This document shows positions 1 to 8,829 of a stretch of DNA of 64,000 bases, one piece after another. The stretch is from a virus: the IMG/VR virus record IMGVR_UViG_3300045988_176028; one strand, 5' to 3'. Position numbers and translations under genes: made by a program. The notes beneath the pieces are model-generated. The model was not told the DNA's origin and searched no databases. It saw only the letters and a list, made by a program, of their open reading frames with translations. Each line of letters begins with the position of its first letter. Position 1 is the first letter of the stretch.

Positions 1-118
1 GTAATGCGGCCACAAACGGGTGGGCGAAGTGAGTGTCAGAAGTAAAGTATTTGGTCATTGTCTTTTCCTTAAAAAAGATAAGGAGATAGGATTGGCCCCT
101 ATCCCCTAGAATTACGAA

Positions 119-538
119 CTACTTGATGGGAACAGGAACAGCCAACAGCTCATTATTGGCGTTCTGCACGAGAATTTCCGGCGAGTGGAACCGCTTTGCC
201 CAGTGGTCGAACTGTTCCTCTGTAAGACCGGTGTCCTCTCCGCTTTCGGGGTCGAACCCTGAGATGAAGAACGTGCCCGCCATCATTTCCACGATTTGCG
301 AACCGGCCCTGTTATCGAGGTCGTATGCCCTGATTGCACGGTTGAGGCTCCAACTGCCGAGTTTGCCTTCCTCGTTGCAGTAGATGGTGGCTCCGTTTTT
401 GAGGCCGTATGGTTCGATGTAACCGCCTACCTCATGCTGTTTCGCTTCGAGGGTGTTGGGGATGGTTTTGCGAATGGGTTTATCGTCCTGCTTGATGACG
501 AGGATTTCGATGGTTTCCTGCCTGTCGCTCATTTTCAC
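119..538 (-). CDS. DUF3846-like protein (plasmid/phage accessory family)
   Basis: 139-aa ORF. The pattern LEAKQHEVGGYIEPY...IYCNEEGKL...LNRA...AGTFFISG...LTEEQ matches the DUF3846 family as I remember it. AGGAG RBS present. Conserved promoter motif at 549-571. Confidence 0.65.
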   Translation of the reverse strand: MKMSDRQETIEILVIKQDDKPIRKTIPNTLEAKQHEVGGYIEPYGLKNGATIYCNEEGKLGSWSLNRAIRAYDLDNRAGSQIVEMMAGTFFISGFDPESGEDTGLTEEQFDHWAKRFHSPEILVQNANNELLAVPVPIK

Positions 539-548
539 TCCTAGCTTG

Positions 549-571
549 TTTGTGTGAACGATTCCACTATA
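549..571 (-). promoter_or_regulatory. conserved promoter/operator motif, copy P1
   Basis: Gene-sense TATAGTGGAATCGTTCACACAAA, 11 nt upstream of the ATG at 538. Confidence 0.6.
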
Positions 572-1010
572 TCACATCGTGAGAAAGAAGCAAAATCCCG
601 CAAAACCATAAAACACAAACGCCCCTCAATGCCGTGGAAAATACAAAAACCTCCAACAAACGAAAGGGGCAAAACGTTGAAAACCAAAGAATTCAAGGAA
701 GTAACCGTCTGCGAGGACGAAAGCGAAGCATACGAATACTGAAACCACCATTCCGACCCGAACCCATACGATTGTTGCAACCTACACAAAACAGGTGTCC
801 CGCCATTAGGTGACAGTAATAGATTTAGAAAGACAGAAGCCAACTGACAAAAAGAAAGAGTCCGGCTGGTGCTCAAAATCCGCAAAACACCTACCGGACT
901 CTTCTTAGAGGGTAATCTATTCCAAGGTTCGATACTTATATGTGGGACTAACTGTTCCAAGAGTTAGAACCGGCGAACATGGCAATCATTACCGCCATTC
1001 GTTTCCTTGT

Positions 1011-2102
1011 TCAGCTTATCTTCGTGATACCGACAAGATGATTGCCATTCCCGTTGCAAGTCTGCATCCAGTCACCGGAGTCGGGAGCATACTGGGCACC
1101 CTGAACGCTCTGTCCGTTAACCCGATAGGTGGAGCCGTTCATGGTGAACGTCTGACCCGCTTGCAGATTGTTAATCCACGCGCCACCCGTATTGTTGTGT
1201 TGCGCATACACGTGGCCGTTGCCATAGTTCAAGTCCACGATGCCGCCGCCGTCAACCGCGCCTTGGCAGTGGTCTGCGGCAGAAGTCAAATTGCAGGACA
1301 TGGAACTGTAGTAGCCGCGCGGAGTGGACTGGATTGGAGTGTAGGAACCATAGTTGGAACGGGTAGTCGCATAGTTTCCGTTCGTAGTGTCGGACGCCTG
1401 AGAATAGGACGCCGCCACTACGCTCTGCTGACGTTCCTGTCCGATACGGGACTGACGTGCGTTCATATCGTCGGACACCTTGTTAATCAGCTTGTCCAAT
1501 TCGGACACGTCCACGCTCATGGTTTTCACGTCCGTGGATTCCATCAGATACTTGGCCTTCTCCAACAGGTCAGACAGTTTATCGCGATTGTTTTCATCGT
1601 CCACGTTGCCGTTGGATGATTCCAAAATTCTCTTACCCTTATCAACCATATCGGCAAGCTTCTTCCTCATATCATTAAGCTTGTGGGAGGCGATGGCGGT
1701 ATCCACAGATTTGGCCGTCCGGTCGATGGAACGGATAAGAGAGTGAATGCGATTATTGGACTCGACCGTCTTGTCGGTCAGGGATGAAACGGTGAAGACA
1801 GTAGCCTTCTCTTTTTGCGACATGTGGATTTTAGTCGCTTCCGTTAATTGGGATTGCAATGCCTCACGGGCAATACGGGTAGCGTCATCATCGTCACGAG
1901 TGACAATGGTCTTGTTTTGAACGTTTTCCGTATCCTGTTTCAAACGTGCAGTCAGAGTGACTGTATGGTTCAATGCCGTCTCATATTCTTTCCGATTCTG
2001 CATGAACTCATTGGCGGTAGCCGTGTTGGCGGGAATAAGAACCATTGCGATAACCAGTGAGATGAACATGATGGTTCTCATGGTCTTGGTGTTGGTTTTC
2101 AA
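1011..2102 (-). CDS. secreted coiled-coil protein with Cys-containing C-terminal domain, function unknown
   Basis: 363-aa ORF. N-terminal signal-peptide-like segment (MKTNTKTMRTIMFISLVIAMVLIPANTATA), a long charged helical middle, and a Gly/Asn-rich C-terminal domain with a His...TC arrangement. Confidence 0.55.
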   Translation of the reverse strand: MKTNTKTMRTIMFISLVIAMVLIPANTATANEFMQNRKEYETALNHTVTLTARLKQDTENVQNKTIVTRDDDDATRIAREALQSQLTEATKIHMSQKEKATVFTVSSLTDKTVESNNRIHSLIRSIDRTAKSVDTAIASHKLNDMRKKLADMVDKGKRILESSNGNVDDENNRDKLSDLLEKAKYLMESTDVKTMSVDVSELDKLINKVSDDMNARQSRIGQERQQSVVAASYSQASDTTNGNYATTRSNYGSYTPIQSTPRGYYSSMSCNLTSAADHCQGAVDGGGIVDLNYGNGHVYAQHNNTGGAWINNLQAGQTFTMNGSTYRVNGQSVQGAQYAPDSGDWMQTCNGNGNHLVGITKIS

Positions 2103-2162
2103 TTTTTTGCTTTCTTTTTCTTTTTGATTTGGTTTCTTTTTGTGGAATATGTTTTTAAGGCT

Positions 2163-2417
2163 TTAACCTAGGAAAGCCATTTCGTCGGCTAGTTCGTCTT
2201 CGCCTTTTTCTCTGAGTAGGTTTGCCACACCATATCGTTGATTCCAACAACGCACTATGGTGTCCGCTTTTATGTTGGGCGCTCCCCAGACGGTTGGTAG
2301 GATGGAACATTCGTCCGGCTTGTGGCTGATGCCGTAGCATGTTCCGTTTACGGTATTGTCATAGACGAGTCGAACCGGCTTACCGCAGAATGGGCATGGG
2401 GCTAGATGGAAACTCAA
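2163..2417 (-). CDS. Lar-family restriction-alleviation-like zinc-ribbon protein
   Basis: 84-aa ORF with a TTG start 7 nt after AGGAG. N-terminal APCPFCGK...V...Y and later CWNQR match the Lar family layout (CPFCG ... WN.R). Confidence 0.55.
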   Translation of the reverse strand: MSFHLAPCPFCGKPVRLVYDNTVNGTCYGISHKPDECSILPTVWGAPNIKADTIVRCWNQRYGVANLLREKGEDELADEMAFLG

Positions 2418-2517
2418 AGAAGCTCTCCTAATATCTCTTCGATTGGGATGTCTTCTTCCACGTCGATAGTCTTATACAAGGAACGTAGAAATAAGGCAGT
2501 ATTCCAATTTAGGTTTC

Positions 2518-2541
2518 TTTCGTGTGGACACTTCTAGTATA
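2518..2541 (-). promoter_or_regulatory. conserved promoter/operator motif, copy P2
   Basis: Gene-sense TATACTAGAAGTGTCCACACGAAA, about 100 nt upstream of the Lar-like gene. Confidence 0.5.
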
Positions 2542-2696
2542 ACACGTCTTTGGTTTAGTTTTACCGCACCTAGTTCCACTCTGCCGTTGCATGTCGATTA
2601 GTCGAAATACTTCCTCCTCATCCAAATCGACCCAACGCCCGTCGAACGGACTTTGATAGAACTCGTTTTGCGGCAGTGGACGAATCTCACCATCTT

Positions 2697-3287
2697 TCAA
2701 ACGGATTCCTCCCTCTGTTTTCGACATTCACGGAAGACGCGCAGAAGAATCCGCGTAGCCGCCTGTTCCGGAGTCAAACCCTTCAAGTCCAATACCGGAA
2801 TAATGGTGGAACCAACATTCACATGCAGTCCGCCGATAATGCCGTAACAGTAGTCATTATAGGTTCTTAATTCGGCATGGACTCCACGGTACGGCATGGA
2901 AATGTTTTCCACGTCCCCGTTGCAATCCCAGTGGGACCCGCCATGCCGTTCTATCAAATCCAACAATGCGTCTTTGACCTGCGAGCCGAACGTGGAAGCC
3001 GAATATGTGATTTTAGGCGTCACATAGTTCATGCATCCGCAGTTCGGACAAGGATACGGCTGCTGTTGCCCGATTGTTCCACCGTACAGCCGGGTGATAG
3101 GAGTGGAACAGTATCCGCAATCCAGCCTGCCGTTGATAACCATTTTGATACTAACTCCTCTATTCGGTTCCATATTTTTTTTGACGGCTTCACTCGGCGG
3201 CATTCCCGCATATTCGAATACAGGAAGCCCCTCATGGTTGACGTTCACATGCAATCCGTCAGTCCTTCTTCTGTAATCTTTTTGCAC
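2697..3287 (-). CDS. hypothetical zinc-ribbon protein
   Basis: 196-aa ORF with CGYC...CPNCGC. Contains an internal duplicated GLHVNVN / GGLHVNVG segment. Overlaps the stop of the upstream gene, so operon-like. Confidence 0.45.
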   Translation of the reverse strand: MQKDYRRRTDGLHVNVNHEGLPVFEYAGMPPSEAVKKNMEPNRGVSIKMVINGRLDCGYCSTPITRLYGGTIGQQQPYPCPNCGCMNYVTPKITYSASTFGSQVKDALLDLIERHGGSHWDCNGDVENISMPYRGVHAELRTYNDYCYGIIGGLHVNVGSTIIPVLDLKGLTPEQAATRILLRVFRECRKQREESV

Positions 3288-3849
3288 GTCGTTCTTCGGG
3301 AGTGCCGAAACGCTTGTAGTAGCATTCCTTGGAGCAGATGTCGTAGGCTTTCATGCCGGAATAGTAGGGGTATTTTCGACCGCATTCGGCACATGTTCTG
3401 GTGGCCGTAGCCATCATGTTTTTGGCGAAGGCGATGCCCTCCGGAGTTCCAGTTGCGATATACTTGTCACCGCGCTTGACGTAGGTGACGCACCCGTAGT
3501 GGCGGAGCCGTTCCATGCTGGCTTTGGCTGTAGGCTGGGAGACGTAGTTCCAGCCGTATCCTTTGCGGGAGATTTCCTCAAGAATGTTGAACATGTCGTA
3601 TTGGAGGTACTTGCGTTCAGGCTTGTACTGTCCGACATGTGTTTCAACGAACTCGCTGATAGCATCCATGTCGGGGATGAACCAGTCTCCGATGGTGGAG
3701 TAGTGTTCGATTCTTCCGAAGTCTTTCCGGACTAGGGATTCGAGGATTTTCTTGGTTTGCTCCAAGAGGATTCGACTGTTGTCTTCCCGCTTGTCGCGGG
3801 ATGAAATGAATTCCAAGAGACTGTATTCGTCTGCTGTGATGTTGTTCAT
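3259..3849 (-). CDS. hypothetical protein with C-terminal CxxC zinc ribbon
   Basis: Start chosen at the internal ATG 3849 (MNNITADEY...) because GGAG and promoter motif P3 lie just upstream. The longer ORF, which starts at 3969, would begin upstream of the promoter motif. Confidence 0.5.
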   Translation of the reverse strand: MNNITADEYSLLEFISSRDKREDNSRILLEQTKKILESLVRKDFGRIEHYSTIGDWFIPDMDAISEFVETHVGQYKPERKYLQYDMFNILEEISRKGYGWNYVSQPTAKASMERLRHYGCVTYVKRGDKYIATGTPEGIAFAKNMMATATRTCAECGRKYPYYSGMKAYDICSKECYYKRFGTPEERRAKRLQKKD

Positions 3850-3871
3850 GTTCGTCTCCTTTATGAAAGAT

Positions 3872-3894
3872 TTTGTGTGAACAGTTCCAGTATA
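3872..3894 (-). promoter_or_regulatory. conserved promoter/operator motif, copy P3
   Basis: Gene-sense TATACTGGAACTGTTCACACAAA, 23 nt upstream of the ATG at 3849. Confidence 0.6.
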
Positions 3895-4084
3895 GTGCAT
3901 GTTGGCTGAAATGCAAAAAACAAAAAGCCCCAACCCTCCTATCAGGAAGGTCAGGGCTTCTAATCTCAAAGAGATATCAGTCGTCGTTGCGGCGGACAGA
4001 ACGCTTCACTCCAATGAAACCGACACCCATCATTCACAGCCTTCGCCGCCGCCAATCGTCTTATCGACACACGCACGAACGCTT

Positions 4085-5842
4085 TTACAGGGCGAGTATG
4101 GTGACACGCGGATACGGCCTTGCCTTCAACGCGCCGCGGTCGCCCGCGTTGAACCGTTTCATCATCTCCCCGTACCGGTCGGACAGCGCACCCCTCACCG
4201 GCATGTCCACGTGCTCAAGGGAGACGCAGTTGGAGAACATGGCCGGCCCCCTGTCGTCCATCTCTACGTCGGAGGGAAGCTCCAGATTGGAGATGTCCAG
4301 CCTGCGAAGCCGCTCGCAATGCATGAACATGCGATTGATGTCCTTGACCTGCGGCAGCCGCAGTTCCGACAGGTCCAGTTCGGTAATCCGATTCCCCCAC
4401 GAGGCGAACATCTCACGGGCGACCTCCGCGCCGCTCACATCCAATCCGGGCACCTTCAGGCTCGTCACGTCGGGGCCAAGTCGGAACAGACGCTCGCAGT
4501 CCTTCGCGTCCGGGGCCTTCAGGTTGACGATTTCAACGTCCCCGAAGCCCGAATTGTTGAACATCCATGCCAGACTGACGGTCTTCGACATGTCCAGATT
4601 CGTGAAGTCCACCCGGCGCAATGCCCACATGTCCTCGAAGAAGACGCTCATGTCCTCCGGTGCCTTGGAACCCGGCACGAAGCGGATTCCCTCAATCCTG
4701 TTACGGTTGCCTATGTCCGCCCATTTCGGATTGTGGGCAAGCGTGCGCGGTTCGGGGCATCCGTCGCGCCAGTCGAAGGTAAGCACGTAGGTAAGAGCAC
4801 CCGGACGATAGTTCAGCTTCCAGCCGTCCCCTTGGGCTATGAGACTGTTGTCACGATAATGGTTGACGAACCCTCCGGGAAGAGTGCTCCCCTTTGTCTT
4901 CGTGTTCTCGAAGAACATGCTCCCCGCCCCGTAGGCTTGACCGAAATCCACTCGACGGACATTGCTATTATGGGAACGGAGACTCTGCACGCTCGCTCCG
5001 CTTACTGTCGCGTCGGACATCACCGTCTTGTTCAGGAATGCCCTGTCCATCGTCGCGCCGGTCAGATTCACCTTCCGCAGGTCGATGCCTCCCATGTTGG
5101 CTCCGGTCAAATCGGCTCCGGCAAGGTTCACGCGCTCCATGTTCGTGCATTCGAAGACGGCGTTTCGTAGTATCGCATCCGACATGTCTGCCCCGTTGAA
5201 TTGGAACCAGCTTACCTTGGCACGGCTGAAGTCGGCTTCGCGCAGGTCGGCGTTCTCCAGATAGACGGGACGCCCCGCTTTCAGCGTCCCAAGGAACCTC
5301 ATGCGCCGCATGTCGGCGTCGCGGAAAACGGTGTGGCCTAGAGGGGTGCCTGAGTCGATTAGCGAACCCCTCAAATCAGCCCCCGACATGTCTACGTCGC
5401 AAAGGTCAACGCCGGAGAAGTCGAGGTATCGCAGGTCAAGCCCACTCAGGTCACGGCCGCGAAGAACGTTCCCCAAGCGGTAAAGCTCGGTTTCCACGAC
5501 GACGCCCGGACTCGGCCTGCCGACGCGCATGTATCGCGTCAGCCTGATGTCTTCCGGCAGGCCGCGTCCATCGTCCCGGATGTCGGGTGCGTACAGGCGG
5601 ATACCAAGCCCCAGCTTCGTCCCATCGGGGATGCGGCCAATGACCTTGTCGGCGTTCTTTCCGTCGTTCGCAAAAAGTTCCACCAGACGTTGTGCCGTCC
5701 GTCGCACGTTTTCCACGATGCCGGGGGTTTCCGCCCATTCGACCAGCGAAGGCAGTGTTTGGTCGGTGATTTCCCTGTCGGAGAGGTCTCCGTATTCTCT
5801 CACGGAGACTTCCATCGTCTCCGTTCCGTCTGTGATTCTCAT
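4085..5842 (-). CDS. pentapeptide-repeat / BspA-type (DUF285-like) leucine-rich-repeat fusion protein
   Basis: Start at ATG 5842 (MRITDG...), after AAAGGAGAG. The central part has long runs of A(D/N)LxG-type pentapeptide repeats (GADLRGS, NADLREADFSRAKV, GADLTGANMGGIDLRKVNLTGATM). The C-terminal part has repeats of the MF..C..L..LD(L/I)S.L type. Confidence 0.7.
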   Translation of the reverse strand: MRITDGTETMEVSVREYGDLSDREITDQTLPSLVEWAETPGIVENVRRTAQRLVELFANDGKNADKVIGRIPDGTKLGLGIRLYAPDIRDDGRGLPEDIRLTRYMRVGRPSPGVVVETELYRLGNVLRGRDLSGLDLRYLDFSGVDLCDVDMSGADLRGSLIDSGTPLGHTVFRDADMRRMRFLGTLKAGRPVYLENADLREADFSRAKVSWFQFNGADMSDAILRNAVFECTNMERVNLAGADLTGANMGGIDLRKVNLTGATMDRAFLNKTVMSDATVSGASVQSLRSHNSNVRRVDFGQAYGAGSMFFENTKTKGSTLPGGFVNHYRDNSLIAQGDGWKLNYRPGALTYVLTFDWRDGCPEPRTLAHNPKWADIGNRNRIEGIRFVPGSKAPEDMSVFFEDMWALRRVDFTNLDMSKTVSLAWMFNNSGFGDVEIVNLKAPDAKDCERLFRLGPDVTSLKVPGLDVSGAEVAREMFASWGNRITELDLSELRLPQVKDINRMFMHCERLRRLDISNLELPSDVEMDDRGPAMFSNCVSLEHVDMPVRGALSDRYGEMMKRFNAGDRGALKARPYPRVTILAL

Positions 5843-5916
5843 GTTCTCTCCTTTTAGCGTTTCTCTAGCACGTCCGGTAAGCCGTCCGAGCAGGATGGGT
5901 TTGCCGACTGATTGAT

Positions 5917-5939
5917 TTTGTGTAGACAATCCCAGTATA
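5917..5939 (-). promoter_or_regulatory. conserved promoter/operator motif, copy P4
   Basis: Gene-sense TATACTGGGATTGTCTACACAAA, 75 nt upstream of the ATG at 5842. Confidence 0.55.
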
Positions 5940-6053
5940 GATGTTTTTGGAAGAATCGTCAAAAACTATAACGCCAAGCAGACTACAGATACAGAAACCC
6001 CGGCCAACTAATCAAAAGAAAGGAAGGCCGGGGTCTCTAAGGTCAAAAGCCCA

Positions 6054-8717
6054 TCAGGCGTCATTCCGACTGATGGAACGCTCCACTCCAACGAAGCCAA
6101 CACCCATCATCAGAGCGACGATGGACACTGCGGCGATACCCGCCACATCCACGCCGGTGGCGGCAAGATTATCCTCGCCAGTGGCCGTGACGGTCTTATT
6201 GTCGGCGTCCACCTTATATGTGGTGGTCTTATGAGCCTTCTTATCGGCGGTCTCGACCTTGGACTCGTTCTTCTTCGCGGAAATGGTAGCGACCGTCTGC
6301 GAGGAACCATTATCCTTGCCGGTATCGGTCTTGCCAGTGTCCCCCTTGGAAGTTCCAGTGGATGTCGAACCGTTTGGCTTGTCCGAATCATCCGGAGTGG
6401 AAGGCTTGGAAGAATCATCATCGACCGAGAAACCGGGGTCGACGATATCACCCTCGCCCGGCTTGGTGGCGATGCCGTCAAGAGCGTTCTTCGCATCCGT
6501 CAGAGCGGCCTCGGTCTGCTTCTTGTCGGCCTTGGCCTTGTCCAGCTTCGCGTTCGCGTCGGCCAGCGTCTTGTCGGCGTCGGCCTTAGCGGCCTTGGCC
6601 TTGCCCAAGTTGGCTTGAGCGGTCTTCTGCTCGTCCTGCGCCTTGGACAACGTCTTCTCCGCTTCCGTCAGCTTCTTCTGGGCTTCGGCCAGCTTCGCGT
6701 TCGCGTCGGTGTATCCGTCCAGCTTGGCTTGGGCTTCCTTGACCTGCTTCTTGGCTTCGTCCACTGCGGCCTGAGCCTTGTCCACGTTCGACTGGGCGGT
6801 CTTCACCTGCTGGTTCGCGGAGTCGAATTCGCTCTGGGCTTTCTTGGTAGTGGACTGCTTCTGCTCGTACACGGTCTGCTTCGCGTCGGCCTCGTCCTTC
6901 GCCTGAGCGTAGGTGCTATCGGCGGTCTTACCGGCCTTGACTGCGGCATTGTATGCGTCGAGAGCCTTCTGGTAGGCTTCGTCCTTGGCCTTGGCGGTCT
7001 TGGCCGCTTCGCCGGCGGTCTGCTGTGCGGACTGCGCGCGTTCCTGTAGTTCGGCAAGCTCCTGCTGGGCCTGTTGCGCGGCCTTCTTCGCCTCGTTCGC
7101 CTTGTCGAGAGCCTTCTGGTACGTGTCGGCGGCGGAGTCCAGCGCGTTCTTGTAGGAGAGAATCTGCTGACGGTACTCGTCCACGGAAACGCCACTGGTG
7201 TACAGGTATTTCTGGCTGAAGTTCTGTGCGGCGGTCAGCGAACCTGTGATTGCGAAACCGGTGGTGTCGCAATCCGGGTCGATGATGTTCAGATAGTGTC
7301 CGGTCTGCTCGTAGATGTCCGGATACTTCATGTAGATTTCCACGGCGGTCATGTTGCGCAGTTCAGGATTCTTCTCCGCATACTGGTCGAACACGGCCTT
7401 CTCTTCCGTATACCAGCCGTCATACGGGTTCTCGTAACCCCAAGCGAGGTTCTGGGAGGTTCCAGTGAACACGTGCCCAGTATTCTGAGAATACGTATTG
7501 TAGTCGGCGGCAAGCTGCGCGTCGGCGGTGTCCGCATCGTTGACCGTCCACTCCCGCAGTCCGAGGCTACGGCGAATCTCATTGCCCTTGTCAATCATGT
7601 CGAGAGCATCGAGCATGTTCTGCAAGCTGGTTGCGGAGTTTTCCTCACCAATCTTCACCCAATCCTCGTTCTGATACTTGACGAGCTGGTCGAGGGCGAA
7701 CTGGGTGTCCTCGTTCTTGTAACTGGAGGCAAGCTTCCACTGGTAGAAGCCGATGGAGCCGGACGCCAGCTGCTTGTCCGCGTTGTCGGCGGCGGCTTTC
7801 TTCGAATCCGCGTCGGCTTGAGCGGTGTTGGCGGCCGTGTTCTTCGCGTCCGCGTCCTTCTGCTTCTCGCTGATGCCGTTCTTCGCGTCCGAAGCGTTCT
7901 TGTCGGCGGTGGTCTGCGCGGTGTCGGCGTCGTTCTTCGCGGCTAACGCGGCTTCGAGTTCGGCCTTGAGCTGGCTGATGGTCTTCTGGGATTCGTCGGA
8001 CTTGGCCTTGGCGTCCGAAGCGTTCTTGTCGGCCTTGTCCTTGTCGGATTTGGCGGCGGCTTCGTCCTTCTGAGCGGCGGTCAGACTATCGGCCTTCTTC
8101 TGGGCTTCCTGCTGGGCCTTCTTAACCTGCTGGTTGGCGGATTCCAACTGCTTGGTGGTCTGGTCGAGCTGGCTGTTCGCGTCGGAGAGCGCCTGTTGGG
8201 CTTTCTTCTGGTTTTCCGGATTGGTGGCTTCGCTGGCGTTCTGCCGTGCCTGATTCAGATTCGTCTGAGCCTGATTGACGGTGGTCTGCGCGTTCTGAAC
8301 CTGCTGATTGGCGGCGTCCAGAGTGGTCTGGGCGTTGTCCACCTGAGTCTGGGTCTGGTTGACGGTGGTCTGCGCGCTGTCAACGTTGGTCTGTGCCTGA
8401 TTCAGGTTTGTCTGTGCCTGATTGTCGTTGGCTTGGGCTTCGTCCACCTTGGCCTGTCCGTCGGACACGGGGTCTGACTGTGCGGGGGTCGTGGTGGCCG
8501 TAATGGTATTGTCCGGCGTAGTGGCGGTCTGGGAGGTTGCCTGTGTGGCCTGTGCCACGGTGTCCTGAGTCTGGGATACCGCGTTCTGCGCCTGTTCGAT
8601 AGCGCCGTTCACGTCCGGCTGGATATTGTTGCCGTCATCCGCGAACGCGGTGGCCGGTGCGGCGAGTGTCGCAACCGCCACGGTCGTGGCGATGAGCGTC
8701 TTCTTGACGTTTGCCAA
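6054..8717 (-). CDS. cell-wall-anchored (LAATG) coiled-coil surface protein with central CAP/SCP-like domain
   Basis: 887 aa, TTG start after AAAGGAGA. Signal peptide present. Very long Ala/Gln/Lys/Asp coiled-coil repeats. Central segment ...LGL..W...D....A.......GH......NLAWGY...GHYLNIIDP..TTGFA resembles a CAP domain. C-terminus is LAATG plus a hydrophobic helix plus a basic tail, i.e. a sortase signal. Confidence 0.8.
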   Translation of the reverse strand: MANVKKTLIATTVAVATLAAPATAFADDGNNIQPDVNGAIEQAQNAVSQTQDTVAQATQATSQTATTPDNTITATTTPAQSDPVSDGQAKVDEAQANDNQAQTNLNQAQTNVDSAQTTVNQTQTQVDNAQTTLDAANQQVQNAQTTVNQAQTNLNQARQNASEATNPENQKKAQQALSDANSQLDQTTKQLESANQQVKKAQQEAQKKADSLTAAQKDEAAAKSDKDKADKNASDAKAKSDESQKTISQLKAELEAALAAKNDADTAQTTADKNASDAKNGISEKQKDADAKNTAANTAQADADSKKAAADNADKQLASGSIGFYQWKLASSYKNEDTQFALDQLVKYQNEDWVKIGEENSATSLQNMLDALDMIDKGNEIRRSLGLREWTVNDADTADAQLAADYNTYSQNTGHVFTGTSQNLAWGYENPYDGWYTEEKAVFDQYAEKNPELRNMTAVEIYMKYPDIYEQTGHYLNIIDPDCDTTGFAITGSLTAAQNFSQKYLYTSGVSVDEYRQQILSYKNALDSAADTYQKALDKANEAKKAAQQAQQELAELQERAQSAQQTAGEAAKTAKAKDEAYQKALDAYNAAVKAGKTADSTYAQAKDEADAKQTVYEQKQSTTKKAQSEFDSANQQVKTAQSNVDKAQAAVDEAKKQVKEAQAKLDGYTDANAKLAEAQKKLTEAEKTLSKAQDEQKTAQANLGKAKAAKADADKTLADANAKLDKAKADKKQTEAALTDAKNALDGIATKPGEGDIVDPGFSVDDDSSKPSTPDDSDKPNGSTSTGTSKGDTGKTDTGKDNGSSQTVATISAKKNESKVETADKKAHKTTTYKVDADNKTVTATGEDNLAATGVDVAGIAAVSIVALMMGVGFVGVERSISRNDA

Positions 8718-8829
8718 GATTATCTCCTTTGTTTGGTTTCTTTTCCACGTGTGGGGTGGACATTATATTATTTTATATTATCCCCCTTATTGAGGGTTCA
8801 TCCAACTCGCAAGGAAAACCCAAACGAGA

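Noticed and set aside
1011-1300. C-terminal domain of the 363-aa secreted protein as a divergent sortase (His ... TC order, as in sortases, next to LAxTG substrates)
   Set aside because: The domain is only about 90 aa, against about 150 for a sortase core. The conserved Arg after the Cys is missing. The similarity is pattern-level only.
2509-2727. 72-aa ORF between the Lar-like gene and 2697-3287
   Set aside because: Its 3' end is occupied by motif copy P2 (2518-2541), and its composition is unremarkable. It was left unannotated as too uncertain, though it might be a real short gene.
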